Below, in pieces: positions 44,378-54,027 of a stretch of 64,000 nt of DNA. Source of the DNA: an uncultured Prevotella sp. (GTDB lineage: Bacteria > Bacteroidota > Bacteroidia > Bacteroidales > Bacteroidaceae); NCBI GenBank assembly GCA_963931275.1, contig OZ006992.1, forward strand, positions 63,810 to 127,809. The letters are read 5' to 3'. The number at the start of each line of letters is the position of its first letter. Position 1 is the first letter of the stretch. Position numbers and translations under genes: made by a program. The notes beneath the pieces were generated by a model. That model ran no database searches, was not told the origin of the DNA, and saw only the letters and a list, made by a program, of their open reading frames with translations.

Positions 44378-45895
44378 ATGATTGTAGACGAACTGGCACG
44401 CCAGATAACAGCTTCTTTCGGCTTTGCTCCCACGGCGGAACAAGCGGCCGCCGTGGATGTGTTTTGCCGTTTCATGACCGATGCCGACGACCACGCGGTC
44501 ATGATATTGCGCGGTTCGGCGGGAACGGGCAAGACCACCTTGTCGTCCGCCATTGTGAAGACGCTCGCCCGTTTGGGGCGGAAGCTCGTGCTGCTTGCCC
44601 CCACGGGGCGTGCGGCCAAGGTGTTCTCGCTGAACTCGGGCAAGCGAGCGTTGACCATACACAGGAAAATCTACCGCCAAAAGACATTCGCCGCCAGCGG
44701 GGGATGCTTCAACCTTAACGACAACCTCGCGCAAGATACGCTCTTCATAGTTGACGAAGCGTCGATGATAGCCAACGACGGGATGTCAGACACGATGTCG
44801 TTCGGCACGGGGCGACTGCTCGACGACCTCGTGTGTTACGTCTACGGCGGGCGCAACTGCCGCCTGATGCTTGTAGGCGACAAGGCGCAGCTACCGCCGA
44901 TAGGCGAGGATGAGTCGCCCGCCTTGATGTCCGCCTACATGGCCGGTTACGGCCTGAAGGTGTATGAGTGCGACCTGACCGAGGTGTTGCGCCAGGCCGA
45001 AGGCTCGGGCATATTGTACAACGCCACGGTTGTGAGGCGGATGATTACCCATGACGAGATGACCCTCTTGCCGAGAATCACCTTCTCGCGGTTCGCCGAC
45101 ATACGCATGGTGCCGGGCGACGAACTCATCGAGCAGCTTGCCGGTAGCTACTCGGCGGTGGGCGAGGACGAGACAATCGTCATCACGCGGAGCAACAAGC
45201 GCGCCAATATCTACAACGCCGGGATACGCAACATGGTGCTTGGGCGTGAAGAGGAGCTGTCAACGGGAGACATGCTCATGGTCGTGAAGAACAATTATTA
45301 TTGGTTGGAAAGGGAAAAACAGGCCATCCCTGTCTCGCCGGCGGGGATAGAACAGGCAGTCGGCAGCGGCGGTCAGCCTTCCACGCGCGGCGATGGCGGC
45401 GTGGGGCTGTTCATCGCCAACGGTGACAGGGCTTACGTGCAGCGTGTGCGCAACGTGCGTGAGCTGTACGGTTTCCGCTTCGCCGACGTGTGGCTGCAGT
45501 TCCCCGATTACGACGATTACGAGTTGCAGGTGACGATGATGGTTGACACGTTGACGTCGGAAGCCCCGGCGTTGACCCGCCAGCAGAACGAGCAGTTGTT
45601 CAATGCCGTGCTTGAGGACTATCAGGACGTGCCCCGCAAGGCCGACCGCATCAAGCGCATACGCGAGGACATGTACTATAACGCCCTGCAGGTGAAGTTC
45701 GCCTATGCCGTGACCTGCCACAAGGCGCAGGGCGGGCAGTGGGCGCATGTGTACATAGACCAGGGCTACATGACCGACGATATGCTCACGCCTGATTACA
45801 TCCACTGGCTTTACACTGCCTTCACCCGCGCCACCGAGCGGCTGTTTCTCGTCAACTGGCCGAAGGCGCAAACTCTTTTTTTAGCAGACGAGTGA
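44378..45895 (+). CDS. RecD/Pif1-like SF1 ATP-dependent DNA helicase
   Basis: Walker A GSAGTGKTT, Walker B FIVDEASM, C-terminal AVTCHKAQGGQW... Confidence 0.88.
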   Translation: MIVDELARQITASFGFAPTAEQAAAVDVFCRFMTDADDHAVMILRGSAGTGKTTLSSAIVKTLARLGRKLVLLAPTGRAAKVFSLNSGKRALTIHRKIYRQKTFAASGGCFNLNDNLAQDTLFIVDEASMIANDGMSDTMSFGTGRLLDDLVCYVYGGRNCRLMLVGDKAQLPPIGEDESPALMSAYMAGYGLKVYECDLTEVLRQAEGSGILYNATVVRRMITHDEMTLLPRITFSRFADIRMVPGDELIEQLAGSYSAVGEDETIVITRSNKRANIYNAGIRNMVLGREEELSTGDMLMVVKNNYYWLEREKQAIPVSPAGIEQAVGSGGQPSTRGDGGVGLFIANGDRAYVQRVRNVRELYGFRFADVWLQFPDYDDYELQVTMMVDTLTSEAPALTRQQNEQLFNAVLEDYQDVPRKADRIKRIREDMYYNALQVKFAYAVTCHKAQGGQWAHVYIDQGYMTDDMLTPDYIHWLYTAFTRATERLFLVNWPKAQTLFLADE

Positions 45896-45983
45896 CGAGC
45901 AGACGAGCAACAAGCAGACGAGCAATAAGCAAACAAGTGACAAGCAACAAACAAATCACCTTGTCTGCTCGTCACTCGTCTGC
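45884..45983. repeat. periodic-unit hairpin (GCAGACGAG units), 21-bp perfect stem
   Basis: GCAGACGAGTGACGAGCAGAC (45884-45904) is exactly complementary to 45963-45983. The left arm encodes the helicase C-terminus (...LADE*). Confidence 0.8.
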
Positions 45984-46053
45984 TTGTCTGCTTAAAAAGA
46001 GGCTTGTCTGCTGATAAAAATCGTAAGCAATTCAGCGTGTTTTCGTTTCAATT

Positions 46054-46130
46054 CCAAAAGGTGGCCTTTTGGCGTGCGATTTGCCGTGTCTTGCAATGTG
46101 AAAGGCCACCTTTTGCAATGCCGTTTGCGC
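46054..46130. repeat. REP-like palindromic element
   Basis: CCAAAAGGTGGCCTTTTGGCGTGCGATTTGCCGTGTCTTGCAATGTGAAAGGCCACCTTTTGCAATG. Confidence 0.8.
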
Positions 46131-46314
46131 CCTTCTGCCGTGTTGCGGGGTGCTGGCTTGTTTTTGTCCGTGCGTTAAGTCGCCGGCAGGGAGGCGTCCG
46201 CCTGATTTTTACTGGGAACTTTTGCGCATGTCGTTTGTTTTTCGTAATTTTGTAGAATGATAGTTCCGCATGGCGAAATTGTCACTGTGTAAGACCTGAT
46301 TAGTGTAAAAAGAC

Positions 46315-46998
46315 ATGGCAAATGACATTTTAGAAGAACTGAAAGGGAAACTTGGCAAAGGTAATTTTGCCGACTGTGCGGTGAAAACCGACTATGTAAA
46401 GAAATTCAAGGAAATCGCCGAGATGCTTTTGAAAAAGGTCGCAATCCGTAAAGGCGACAAGACATATTATATCAGGGACATAGAGTTTTATTTGTATGCC
46501 GACAACCACCGCGACATAATCACCTACCCGAGGGTTTGCAAGGCCGGCCAATGGTTCTTCCATTCCAGCGGCGTTGACATCTCGTTTGAGAGCTGCGTAA
46601 AGACCATTGATGACGAATACGGCCTGTTCAGGCCCGTCCTTGACAAGGATGCGTTCTTTGGCGGGGTGTTGTTCAGGCAGCTCTATCCTGCCGGAAAAGC
46701 CCCCGGGGATGCCAAGAAATGCCGTCTTGACGGGCCGCACAAGGTGGAATGGGAACTGTTTGACCAGTTCGATGCCTTCAACGACGTGAAAGACTTTCCG
46801 CATCTCGTAGCGTGTGAGCATGAGGTGGAGGTGAAAAATGGGACTAAACGTTGTAACTTGTTGCCCTCAACCAAGGATGCGGGGCAAAAGGTCGGCGACA
46901 TATTGAAATACAATTACGCCGCAAGCGAGGTGCCGGAGGTAGAATTAGTCTCTTCTTTCACTGATTTCATGAACGAGAAATACCGTTTCACCGTATGA
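46315..46998 (+). CDS. hypothetical protein (weak by-eye resemblance to the AAG/Mpg glycosylase fold)
   Basis: 227 aa. YYIRDIEFYLY...GQWFFHSSGVDISFES...GGVLFRQLYP...DGPHKV. Its stop overlaps the next start (ATGA). Confidence 0.6.
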   Translation: MANDILEELKGKLGKGNFADCAVKTDYVKKFKEIAEMLLKKVAIRKGDKTYYIRDIEFYLYADNHRDIITYPRVCKAGQWFFHSSGVDISFESCVKTIDDEYGLFRPVLDKDAFFGGVLFRQLYPAGKAPGDAKKCRLDGPHKVEWELFDQFDAFNDVKDFPHLVACEHEVEVKNGTKRCNLLPSTKDAGQKVGDILKYNYAASEVPEVELVSSFTDFMNEKYRFTV

Positions 46999-47861
46999 TA
47001 AACGATTGTGACACAAATATCGTCTATTTGTCGGAAAGGCTTGCGAAAGGGAAATACAGCCATCCCGAATTTTTCAAACAACTTACCGACTTGTTTGACA
47101 GCGTGGGCATACGCTGGGATGTCCTGAAGCACACCAAAGACTATTGGGTGCGCGACTTCATGCCCGTGCAAATATCGAAGGACGATTTCCTAAAGTACAA
47201 ATATGCCCCGGATTACCTCGTAAAGAAAAAAGGGCTTGAAGGTTTTATAACCGACTGCGCCGAGGAATGCGAGGAGTTGGGCATAAAGTGTCGTGAGACC
47301 GACATCGTGATTGACGGCGGCAACGTTGTGCTTTGCGGCGATTGCGTCGTCATGACAGACAAGGTGTTTGAGGAGAACGGCGTGGAAAAAGGCGACGCGC
47401 GGCTTACACACGCCCTTGAACAGGCCATGAGGCACAAGGTAGTGTTTATCCCGTGGGTGAGGCACGCGACGCAAGGCAACATCGAGGATGATGTTTTCGG
47501 CCACGCCGACGGCTTCGTCAAGTATTGCGGCGGGAACAAGTTATTGATGACAAACCACAGGGAAGCCTATCCCGACGAGGCCGACGCCATCCGCCAAGTG
47601 CTTGAACGTCACGGGTTTGAAGTGACAGAAATGCTTTTCAGCGCGCCCCGCCTGAACCCTGACTTGAATTGGGCGTACATCAACTTCCTGCAAGTGGGAC
47701 GTGAAATCATCATGCCATGTTTCGGCATCGGCGAGGACGAACAGGCCGAACGGTACGTGCGCGAGGCTTTTCCTGAGTGCAGTGTGCATACAATAGGGAT
47801 GGAAGAAATCGCCGTAGAGGGCGGCGCGCTGCACTGCCTGACGTGGAACATCGTGCGCTGA
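46995..47861 (+). CDS. short agmatine-deiminase/PAD-like guanidino-group-modifying enzyme
   Basis: YWVRDFMP, IDGGNVV, FGHADGFV, EGGALHCLTWNI (catalytic Cys). 288 aa. Confidence 0.82.
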   Translation: MINDCDTNIVYLSERLAKGKYSHPEFFKQLTDLFDSVGIRWDVLKHTKDYWVRDFMPVQISKDDFLKYKYAPDYLVKKKGLEGFITDCAEECEELGIKCRETDIVIDGGNVVLCGDCVVMTDKVFEENGVEKGDARLTHALEQAMRHKVVFIPWVRHATQGNIEDDVFGHADGFVKYCGGNKLLMTNHREAYPDEADAIRQVLERHGFEVTEMLFSAPRLNPDLNWAYINFLQVGREIIMPCFGIGEDEQAERYVREAFPECSVHTIGMEEIAVEGGALHCLTWNIVR

Positions 47862-47909
47862 CGGCATGAAGCGTAAGGTAAGAACATTTTAAACTTTATT
47901 GAATAGATA

Positions 47910-49220
47910 ATGTCTATACTTCTATTTTTCATTGGGGCGTTGGCCGCTTCGGGCGTGTTCATGTTCTTGAACCAAAAGAAAGACAGGCTGAACGCCAGCC
48001 GCATGGCCGGTCTTTCGGCTGAAAACTCCGCCAAGCAACGTGAGGTTGAGCTTCTTTCCAAGCAACTTGAGGACTGCAAGCGTGAGCATCAGCGGCAGTT
48101 GGACGAGCTGAACCGCCGCAACGAACGCGACAAGGCTGAGCTTCAGGCGATGCTCGACAGGCAGTTCGCCGAGCGTCTCAGGCTCGTGCAAGAGCAGCTT
48201 GGTACGACCACTGAACGCCTGTTGAAGCAACGTTCGGAAGAACTTGACAAGACGAACCGCACGCAGATGGACTCGATGCTCGCCCCGCTGAAGGCCGTCA
48301 TGGCTGAGATGAAAAAGTCGATGGACGACAACCGCGAGTCGTTCACCCGCTCTACAGCCTCGCTCAGCGAACAATTGCGCCAGATGCACGCCTCGGCCAC
48401 GAGCCTCGGCGTGGAGGCCGAGAAGCTGTCAAAGGCCCTTCAGGCCGGTCCGAAGGTGCAGGGCGACTTCGGCGAGATGAAGCTTAACGACCTGTTGGAT
48501 AAATTCGGCTTCACCAAGGGCGTGGAGTACGACGTGCAATACACCATGCGCGACGCCAAGGGAAACGTCATCCGCAACGACGATACCGACGACATGATGC
48601 GCCCGGACGTCGTCCTGCATTACCCTGACCACAAGGATGTAATCATCGACTCGAAAGCGTCGCTCACCTCTTTTATATGTTATGTCAACGCCGAAAGCGA
48701 CGAGGAGCGCAAGCGTAGCCTTGAGGAGCATGTCAAGAGCGTGCGCCGCCACGTTGACGAACTGTCCGCCAAGAACTACGGCAAGTATTCGATGGACGGC
48801 GGCACGACGCTCGATTTTGTCATAATGTTCGTGCCCCAGGAGGCCGCCGTGCAGCTTGCCGTCTCGGCGGACGCCACGCTTTGGAGTTACGCCTTTGACC
48901 GCAACGTCATCATTACGGGCGAGCAAAACCTCTTCTCGCTGTTGAGGCTGCTGCAAATAGCGTGGACCCAGCAGCGTCAGGCCGACAACCAGAAGAAGGT
49001 TTTCGACATAGCATCGGCTTTGGTGCAGCGTGTCCAACTGTTCATGGAACGCTTCAGCAAGGTCGGAGCTGAGATAGACAATGCCCGCAAGGCGTTTGAC
49101 GACACGCTGACATCGGTTGAAGGCAATCGCGGTCTCCTTGTCTCAGCCCGCAAGTTGGTGGACATGGGGGCAAAAGAAGACCCTAAAAAGAAGAGGCTGG
49201 CAAAGGTTTCGGATGACTGA
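47910..49220 (+). CDS. rmuC: DNA recombination protein RmuC
   Basis: N-terminal TM, long coiled coil, C-terminal ...PDVVLHYPD...IIDSKASL...FVIMFVP.E. Confidence 0.9.
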   Translation: MSILLFFIGALAASGVFMFLNQKKDRLNASRMAGLSAENSAKQREVELLSKQLEDCKREHQRQLDELNRRNERDKAELQAMLDRQFAERLRLVQEQLGTTTERLLKQRSEELDKTNRTQMDSMLAPLKAVMAEMKKSMDDNRESFTRSTASLSEQLRQMHASATSLGVEAEKLSKALQAGPKVQGDFGEMKLNDLLDKFGFTKGVEYDVQYTMRDAKGNVIRNDDTDDMMRPDVVLHYPDHKDVIIDSKASLTSFICYVNAESDEERKRSLEEHVKSVRRHVDELSAKNYGKYSMDGGTTLDFVIMFVPQEAAVQLAVSADATLWSYAFDRNVIITGEQNLFSLLRLLQIAWTQQRQADNQKKVFDIASALVQRVQLFMERFSKVGAEIDNARKAFDDTLTSVEGNRGLLVSARKLVDMGAKEDPKKKRLAKVSDD

Positions 49221-49348
49221 CGCTCTTTGAATAACGCATGCGTGCTGTTTGTTTATGGCCAGGTAGCGGTTTTCCGTTCGGTTGGGCATTCATGTTTCGT
49301 GTAATAATATTGTAACACTGATGTAACAGGTATGAATATATTAACCGC

Positions 49349-49356
49349 TACTTTTG
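49349..49356 (+). promoter_or_regulatory. Bacteroidetes -7 box TACTTTTG
   Basis: 25 nt upstream of ATG 49381. Confidence 0.55.
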
Positions 49357-49380
49357 CAACAGGTATAAAGAAAAAGACTT

Positions 49381-50070
49381 ATGGACAACAATTATCGAAT
49401 ATTGGTCGTTGACGACGAACAAGACTTGTGTGAGATTCTGAAGTTCAATCTTGAGACTGACGGGTATGTGGTTGAGACTGCAAATTCAGCCGAAGAAGCC
49501 TTGAAGATGAACATCGAGAGCTTCGACTTGCTGCTGCTTGACGTGATGATGGGCGGCATGTCAGGCTTCGCCATGGCGAAGAAGCTCAAGGAAGACCCTG
49601 CCACCAAAGACATCCCCGTGGTGTTCCTGACGGCCCGTGACACAGAGAACGACACCGTGACCGGCTTCAACCTCGGGGCGGATGATTACATCTCAAAGCC
49701 TTTCTCGATAAGGGAAGTGCTGGTGAGGATACGCGCCGTGCTGCGCCGCACAGCCGAGAAGAACGGCGAGCAGCAGGCCAACGTGCTGCGTTACCAGGGG
49801 CTTGAGCTTAACCTTGACAAGAAGACGGTAAGCATCGACGGCGAAGACGTGCCGTTTACGAAGACTGAATTTGAAATCCTCCACCTGCTTCTCGACGAGA
49901 AGGGGCGCGTGTTCTCGCGCCAGGAGCTGATTGACCGCATCTGGCCAAAGGACGTGCTTGTGCTTGACCGCACCGTAGATGTCAACATAACCCGTCTGCG
50001 CAAGAAGATAGGCAAGTTCTCGAAGTGCATCGTGACGCGCCTCGGCTTCGGCTATTATTTTGACGCTTGA
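49381..50070 (+). CDS. OmpR/PhoB-family response regulator (RprY-like)
   Basis: ILVVDDEQDL...LLDVMMGGMSG...LTARD...DDYISKPF...GFGYYF. Confidence 0.92.
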   Translation: MDNNYRILVVDDEQDLCEILKFNLETDGYVVETANSAEEALKMNIESFDLLLLDVMMGGMSGFAMAKKLKEDPATKDIPVVFLTARDTENDTVTGFNLGADDYISKPFSIREVLVRIRAVLRRTAEKNGEQQANVLRYQGLELNLDKKTVSIDGEDVPFTKTEFEILHLLLDEKGRVFSRQELIDRIWPKDVLVLDRTVDVNITRLRKKIGKFSKCIVTRLGFGYYFDA

Positions 50071-50084
50071 TATTTCGGGTGGTT

Positions 50085-50205
50085 GAAGGAGTTGGGGGAA
50101 GTCAAGGGAGTTAAAGGCAAATGTCTTTCTTTCAGATTTTTCCCAAATGCTGCGATAAGGCATCTGTCTTTAGCTCCTTTGACTTCCATTAACCCCTTTA
50201 ACTCC
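50085..50205. repeat. periodic-unit hairpin (GGAGTTAAAG/GGAAGTCAAG units) between RR and HK genes
   Basis: Arms 50085-50118 and 50166-50205, ~78% complementary. Occupies most of the 145-bp RR-HK spacer. Confidence 0.65.
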
Positions 50206-50215
50206 TAAAGAAAAG

Positions 50216-51625
50216 ATGTTCAAGACCCATGTAGGCACCCGCCTTTATGTCAGCGTGCTGTCCGTGTTCGTAGCGTTCGCCGCTGCCTTCATCATCTTCC
50301 AGCATGCCCGTGAGCGCGAATACAAGATAAATTCGCTTAACGCGCGGCTTCAGGACTATAACTCAAGGATGATAGAAACCCTTGAGTACATAGGCGACCA
50401 CTCGGAAAAGACCCTTGACCGTTATGTGAAAAACCATCACATGCACGGCCTGCGCGTAACGCTTGTCAACCGTGACGGAAGCGTCGTGTACGACAACATG
50501 TACAAAGACTACGCCAAGATGGACAGCCACAAGAACCGCGACGAGGTGCGTGAGGCGTTTTCCGACGGCAGCGGGTATGACTTCAGCCGCATGAGCTCAA
50601 CGATGAACCAGACCTATTTCTATTCTGCTACCTACGTGCCGAAGTTTGACCTCGTAGTGCGCAGCGCGTTGCCTTACGACAGCAGTCTTGCCGAGATTCT
50701 CAAGGCAGACCAGCATTACCTTTGGTTCACGCTCGTGGCCGTGCTGATTCTCGTGTTCATCCTCTACCGCTTTGTCAGCCGCCTTGGCGACAATATCACC
50801 AAGCTGCGCCTTTTCGCCAGTCGCGCCGACCACAACGAGAGCCTTGACACGGAAGACCTTGTGGGCTTTCCGAGCGACGAGCTGGGCGAAATCGCGGAGC
50901 GCATCATCAAAATCTACAAGCGGCTGCAGCGCACGAAGGAGGAGCAGAACGTGCTGAAACGCCAGCTTACGCAAAACATAGCGCACGAGCTGAAGACGCC
51001 CGTGGCCAGCATACAGGGCTATCTTGAGACCGTGCTTGAGAACCCGGGCATAAATCCGGACACAAAGCAGCAGTTCCTTGAGCGGTGCTACGCCCAGTCG
51101 CAGCGTTTGGCTTCGCTGCTGCACGACATCTCGACGCTCAACCGCCTCGACGACGCTCCCGACATGGTTGACTTCGAGCGGGTGGACATCAACACCATGG
51201 TGGACAACATCATAAAAGACACCACGCTGCAACTGTCGGAGCGCGGGATGACGTTCGACAACCGCCTGCCGCATAACGTCGTGGTCAGCGGCAACCAGTC
51301 GCTGCTGTACAGCGTGTTCCGCAATCTCACCGACAACGCCATCGCCTACGCCGGCGAGGGCACTACGATTACGCTCCTGGCCGTGCCGGAGAGAGGTTTG
51401 TGGCGTTTCACGTTCAGCGACAACGGCGTGGGCGTGCCTTACGAGCATCTGCCGCGGCTCTTCGAACGGTTCTACCGTGTGGACAAGGGGCGCAGCCGCA
51501 AGATGGGCGGCACGGGTCTCGGTCTCGCCATCGTGAAGAACGCCGTCCTGCTGCACGGCGGAACAATCACCGTGAACAACAACATCGGGGGCGGCCTGCG
51601 CTTCGACTTCACGCTGAGGCGTTGA
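50216..51625 (+). CDS. sensor histidine kinase (RprX-like)
   Basis: Two TM segments, H-box LTQNIAHELKTPV, N box LTDNAIAY, G box GTGLGLAIVKN. Confidence 0.92.
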   Translation: MFKTHVGTRLYVSVLSVFVAFAAAFIIFQHAREREYKINSLNARLQDYNSRMIETLEYIGDHSEKTLDRYVKNHHMHGLRVTLVNRDGSVVYDNMYKDYAKMDSHKNRDEVREAFSDGSGYDFSRMSSTMNQTYFYSATYVPKFDLVVRSALPYDSSLAEILKADQHYLWFTLVAVLILVFILYRFVSRLGDNITKLRLFASRADHNESLDTEDLVGFPSDELGEIAERIIKIYKRLQRTKEEQNVLKRQLTQNIAHELKTPVASIQGYLETVLENPGINPDTKQQFLERCYAQSQRLASLLHDISTLNRLDDAPDMVDFERVDINTMVDNIIKDTTLQLSERGMTFDNRLPHNVVVSGNQSLLYSVFRNLTDNAIAYAGEGTTITLLAVPERGLWRFTFSDNGVGVPYEHLPRLFERFYRVDKGRSRKMGGTGLGLAIVKNAVLLHGGTITVNNNIGGGLRFDFTLRR

Positions 51626-51675
51626 CTGCCATCCTGGCATATCCTGTGACCTTTGTAACTGCTTGATTTCAAGCG

Positions 51676-51740
51676 TGTTGTGAAAGGCGGCCTTTTACGT
51701 TGCGAAAGGCCGCTTTTTGCGTCCCGTTTTGCCGCCTTCC
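51676..51740. repeat. REP-like palindromic element
   Basis: GTTGTGAAAGGCGGCCTTTTACGTTGCGAAAGGCCGCTTTTTGCGTCCCGTTTTGCCGCC. Confidence 0.75.
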
Positions 51741-51892
51741 GCCGCCTGTCAGGCCGTCTCCAGCAACGTTTGCGCACGGATGTGACAATGTGTCATGCGT
51801 CTTTTGCGCGATGTTTGGCCGCCGCATGTCGTGTAAATGCAATTTTAAAGCTCTTTTATCATGTTTTATTTTGTATTTCGCCTGACATGCAC

Positions 51893-51900
51893 TATCTTTG
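51893..51900 (+). promoter_or_regulatory. Bacteroidetes -7 box TATCTTTG
   Basis: 29 nt upstream of ATG 51929. Confidence 0.55.
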
Positions 51901-51928
51901 CGGACGGAAACAATACGTGTAACCATTA

Positions 51929-53227
51929 ATGGACGAAATTTTTATAATACTGCTATTGATTCTGCTCAACGGCATATTCGCCATGTCAGAGATAGCGGTC
52001 ATCCAAGCGAGAAAAACGACTTTATCTAACGACGAGAAGAAGGGCAGCAAGGGGGCGCGCATGGCGTTGCGCCTCGCCAACGACCCTGACCGTTTCCTTT
52101 CCACGGTGCAAATCGGCATCACCCTTATCGGCATCTTGACTGGTATTTATTCGGGAGCGTCACTGTCAGACAAGTTTTCGGACGTGTTTGAGAGCTTCGG
52201 CATGGCCGAGCGGTGGGCTTACCCGCTGGCCCAGGGACTGATAGTCATCATCGTGACCTACCTCACCATCATCTTCGGCGAGCTGGTGCCAAAGCGCATC
52301 GGCATGAGCGTGGCCGAGCGCGTGTCGAAGGTCATAGCCCGCCCGATGTACGTGCTGTCGGTCATCGCGGGGCCGTTCGTGTGGATTCTGTCAAAAAGCA
52401 CGGAGGTGATGGTCAACCTGCTTGGCGTCAAGAACGCCGAGACGAAGGTCACGGAGGAAGACATCAAGTCAATCGTGCAGGAGGGCAAGGAGGACGGCGA
52501 GGTGCAGGAAGTTGAGCAGGACATCGTTGAGCGCGTGTTCATGCTGGGCGACCTGACCGTTGACTCCATCATGACCCACCGCTCTGACGTGGTCGCGCTC
52601 GACGTGAACATGACCGCCGACGAAATCAGGAACGTACTCAACGAGAACATGTACGAGGCCTACCCCCTGGTAGAGCGCGACATGGACAACATCCTCGGCG
52701 TGGTGCTGCTCAAGGACTTGATATTCCGCCTCGACAACGGCACGCCCGACCTGAAAAGCATCATGCACCCGGCCGTGTACTTTTACGAGAATATGAGCGT
52801 GTACAAGGCTTTGGAGCAGATGAAGGAAAAGAGGCTAATACAGGCGTTCATCTGCGACGAGTTTGGCAGCTTCCAGGGATTGATTACCTTGCGCGACATC
52901 CTCGAAGGCCTTGTCGGCACCATCGAGGGGGTCAACAACGAGCCTGAGATTGTAAAGCGCGAAGGCTCCGAGAGCTGGCTCGTTGACGGCCAATGCTCGT
53001 TCTACGACTTCCTTGCCTACTTTGACAAGGAAGACCTTTACGACAGCGACGAGCAAGACTACAACACCCTGGCCGGACTAATAATAGAGCAACTGAAGCA
53101 CATCCCCCAAGCAGGGGAACGCACGGAATGGAACGGATTCCACTTCGAAGTGGTTGACATGGACGGCGCGCGCATCGACAAGGTCATCGTCACCCTTGAC
53201 GAAAGCCCGCGTGAAGAAGAACAATAA
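51929..53227 (+). CDS. CNNM/hemolysin-family protein (DUF21-CBS pair-CorC_HlyC)
   Basis: LLNGIFAMSEIA..., GELVPKR, CBS region, C-terminal transporter-associated domain. Confidence 0.9.
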   Translation: MDEIFIILLLILLNGIFAMSEIAVIQARKTTLSNDEKKGSKGARMALRLANDPDRFLSTVQIGITLIGILTGIYSGASLSDKFSDVFESFGMAERWAYPLAQGLIVIIVTYLTIIFGELVPKRIGMSVAERVSKVIARPMYVLSVIAGPFVWILSKSTEVMVNLLGVKNAETKVTEEDIKSIVQEGKEDGEVQEVEQDIVERVFMLGDLTVDSIMTHRSDVVALDVNMTADEIRNVLNENMYEAYPLVERDMDNILGVVLLKDLIFRLDNGTPDLKSIMHPAVYFYENMSVYKALEQMKEKRLIQAFICDEFGSFQGLITLRDILEGLVGTIEGVNNEPEIVKREGSESWLVDGQCSFYDFLAYFDKEDLYDSDEQDYNTLAGLIIEQLKHIPQAGERTEWNGFHFEVVDMDGARIDKVIVTLDESPREEEQ

Positions 53228-53230
53228 CGC

Positions 53231-53262
53231 AAGATGCCGCCCGCGGGCGGCATCTTTGTTTT
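53231..53262 (+). terminator. intrinsic terminator
   Basis: AAGATGCCGC-CCGCGG-GCGGCATCTT followed by TTGTTTT, 4 nt after the stop. Confidence 0.75.
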
Positions 53263-53380
53263 CTGCGTTCGTACATGAAATACACTTCTTACTTTTTCTT
53301 AATTCTTGCCCTTTAGTTACAATTTGATTTTGCGGTTTGCCTTATTTTAATTATTTTTGCAAAGTTGATAAATCTTTGCA

Positions 53381-53950
53381 ATGGAAATACAAGCAGCCCA
53401 AAAACATCAGTCGCTCTCCATAGCGCGGCTAATCATGCAGGCCATGAATTACGACTGCTGTCGTTACTTCGCAGGGCCTGACCACACGCTTGACGATTTC
53501 GAGCGTGTCATGACAGAGCTTGTCCTGTCAGACAACTCACAATATAGTTACTTGAATACGCTTGTCGCCCTTGACGAAGACGGCGGGTTGTGCGGCGCGT
53601 GCGTGTCATATGACGGCGCGCGGCTGCATGAATTGCGCGCGGCTTTTATCCGCGCGGCCAAGGAAAGCTTCGGGCGCGACTTCAGCGGGATGGACGACGA
53701 GACCTCGGCCGGCGAGCTTTACATTGACAGCATAGCCGTGCCCGAGAGCTGCCGGGGCAAGGGCGTGGCCACGCTTTTGCTCAAGGCTACAATCGAGAAG
53801 GCCCGCGACATGGGTCTGCCGGCCGTCGGACTGCTTGTTGACACAGGCAATCCCAAGGCGGAGAAGCTGTATTCAAGGTTGGGCTTCGAGTATGTTGGCG
53901 ACAACACTTGGGGCGGACATCCCATGAAACACTTGCAATACGCCATCTGA
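53381..53950 (+). CDS. GNAT-family N-acetyltransferase
   Basis: ...IDSIAVPESCRGKGVATLLLKA... acetyl-CoA binding motif. 189 aa. Confidence 0.85.
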   Translation: MEIQAAQKHQSLSIARLIMQAMNYDCCRYFAGPDHTLDDFERVMTELVLSDNSQYSYLNTLVALDEDGGLCGACVSYDGARLHELRAAFIRAAKESFGRDFSGMDDETSAGELYIDSIAVPESCRGKGVATLLLKATIEKARDMGLPAVGLLVDTGNPKAEKLYSRLGFEYVGDNTWGGHPMKHLQYAI

Positions 53951-54027
53951 TAGCACGGCAGGCCGTACCTTGTGCTTGGTTCGGCGGCATGGCATTGCGC
54001 CATAACAACCTTATTAACCGTAAACTT

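Noticed and set aside
50597-51640. 347-aa ORF antisense to the histidine kinase. Similar antisense ORFs occur at 12588-13388, 16245-16994, 21477-22025, 39783-40448, 45260-45871, 48429-49037 and 60156-60848.
   Set aside because: Each overlaps a gene with clear family motifs on the other strand. Each has the Arg/His/Val/Ala-rich composition typical of antisense frames. None has its own promoter box or recognisable domain.
53908-54027. N-terminal 40-codon extension of the AraC-family ORF overlapping the GNAT gene
   Set aside because: The extension overlaps the GNAT 3' end and has non-coding-like composition. The ATG at 54028 gives a protein starting just before the cupin domain.
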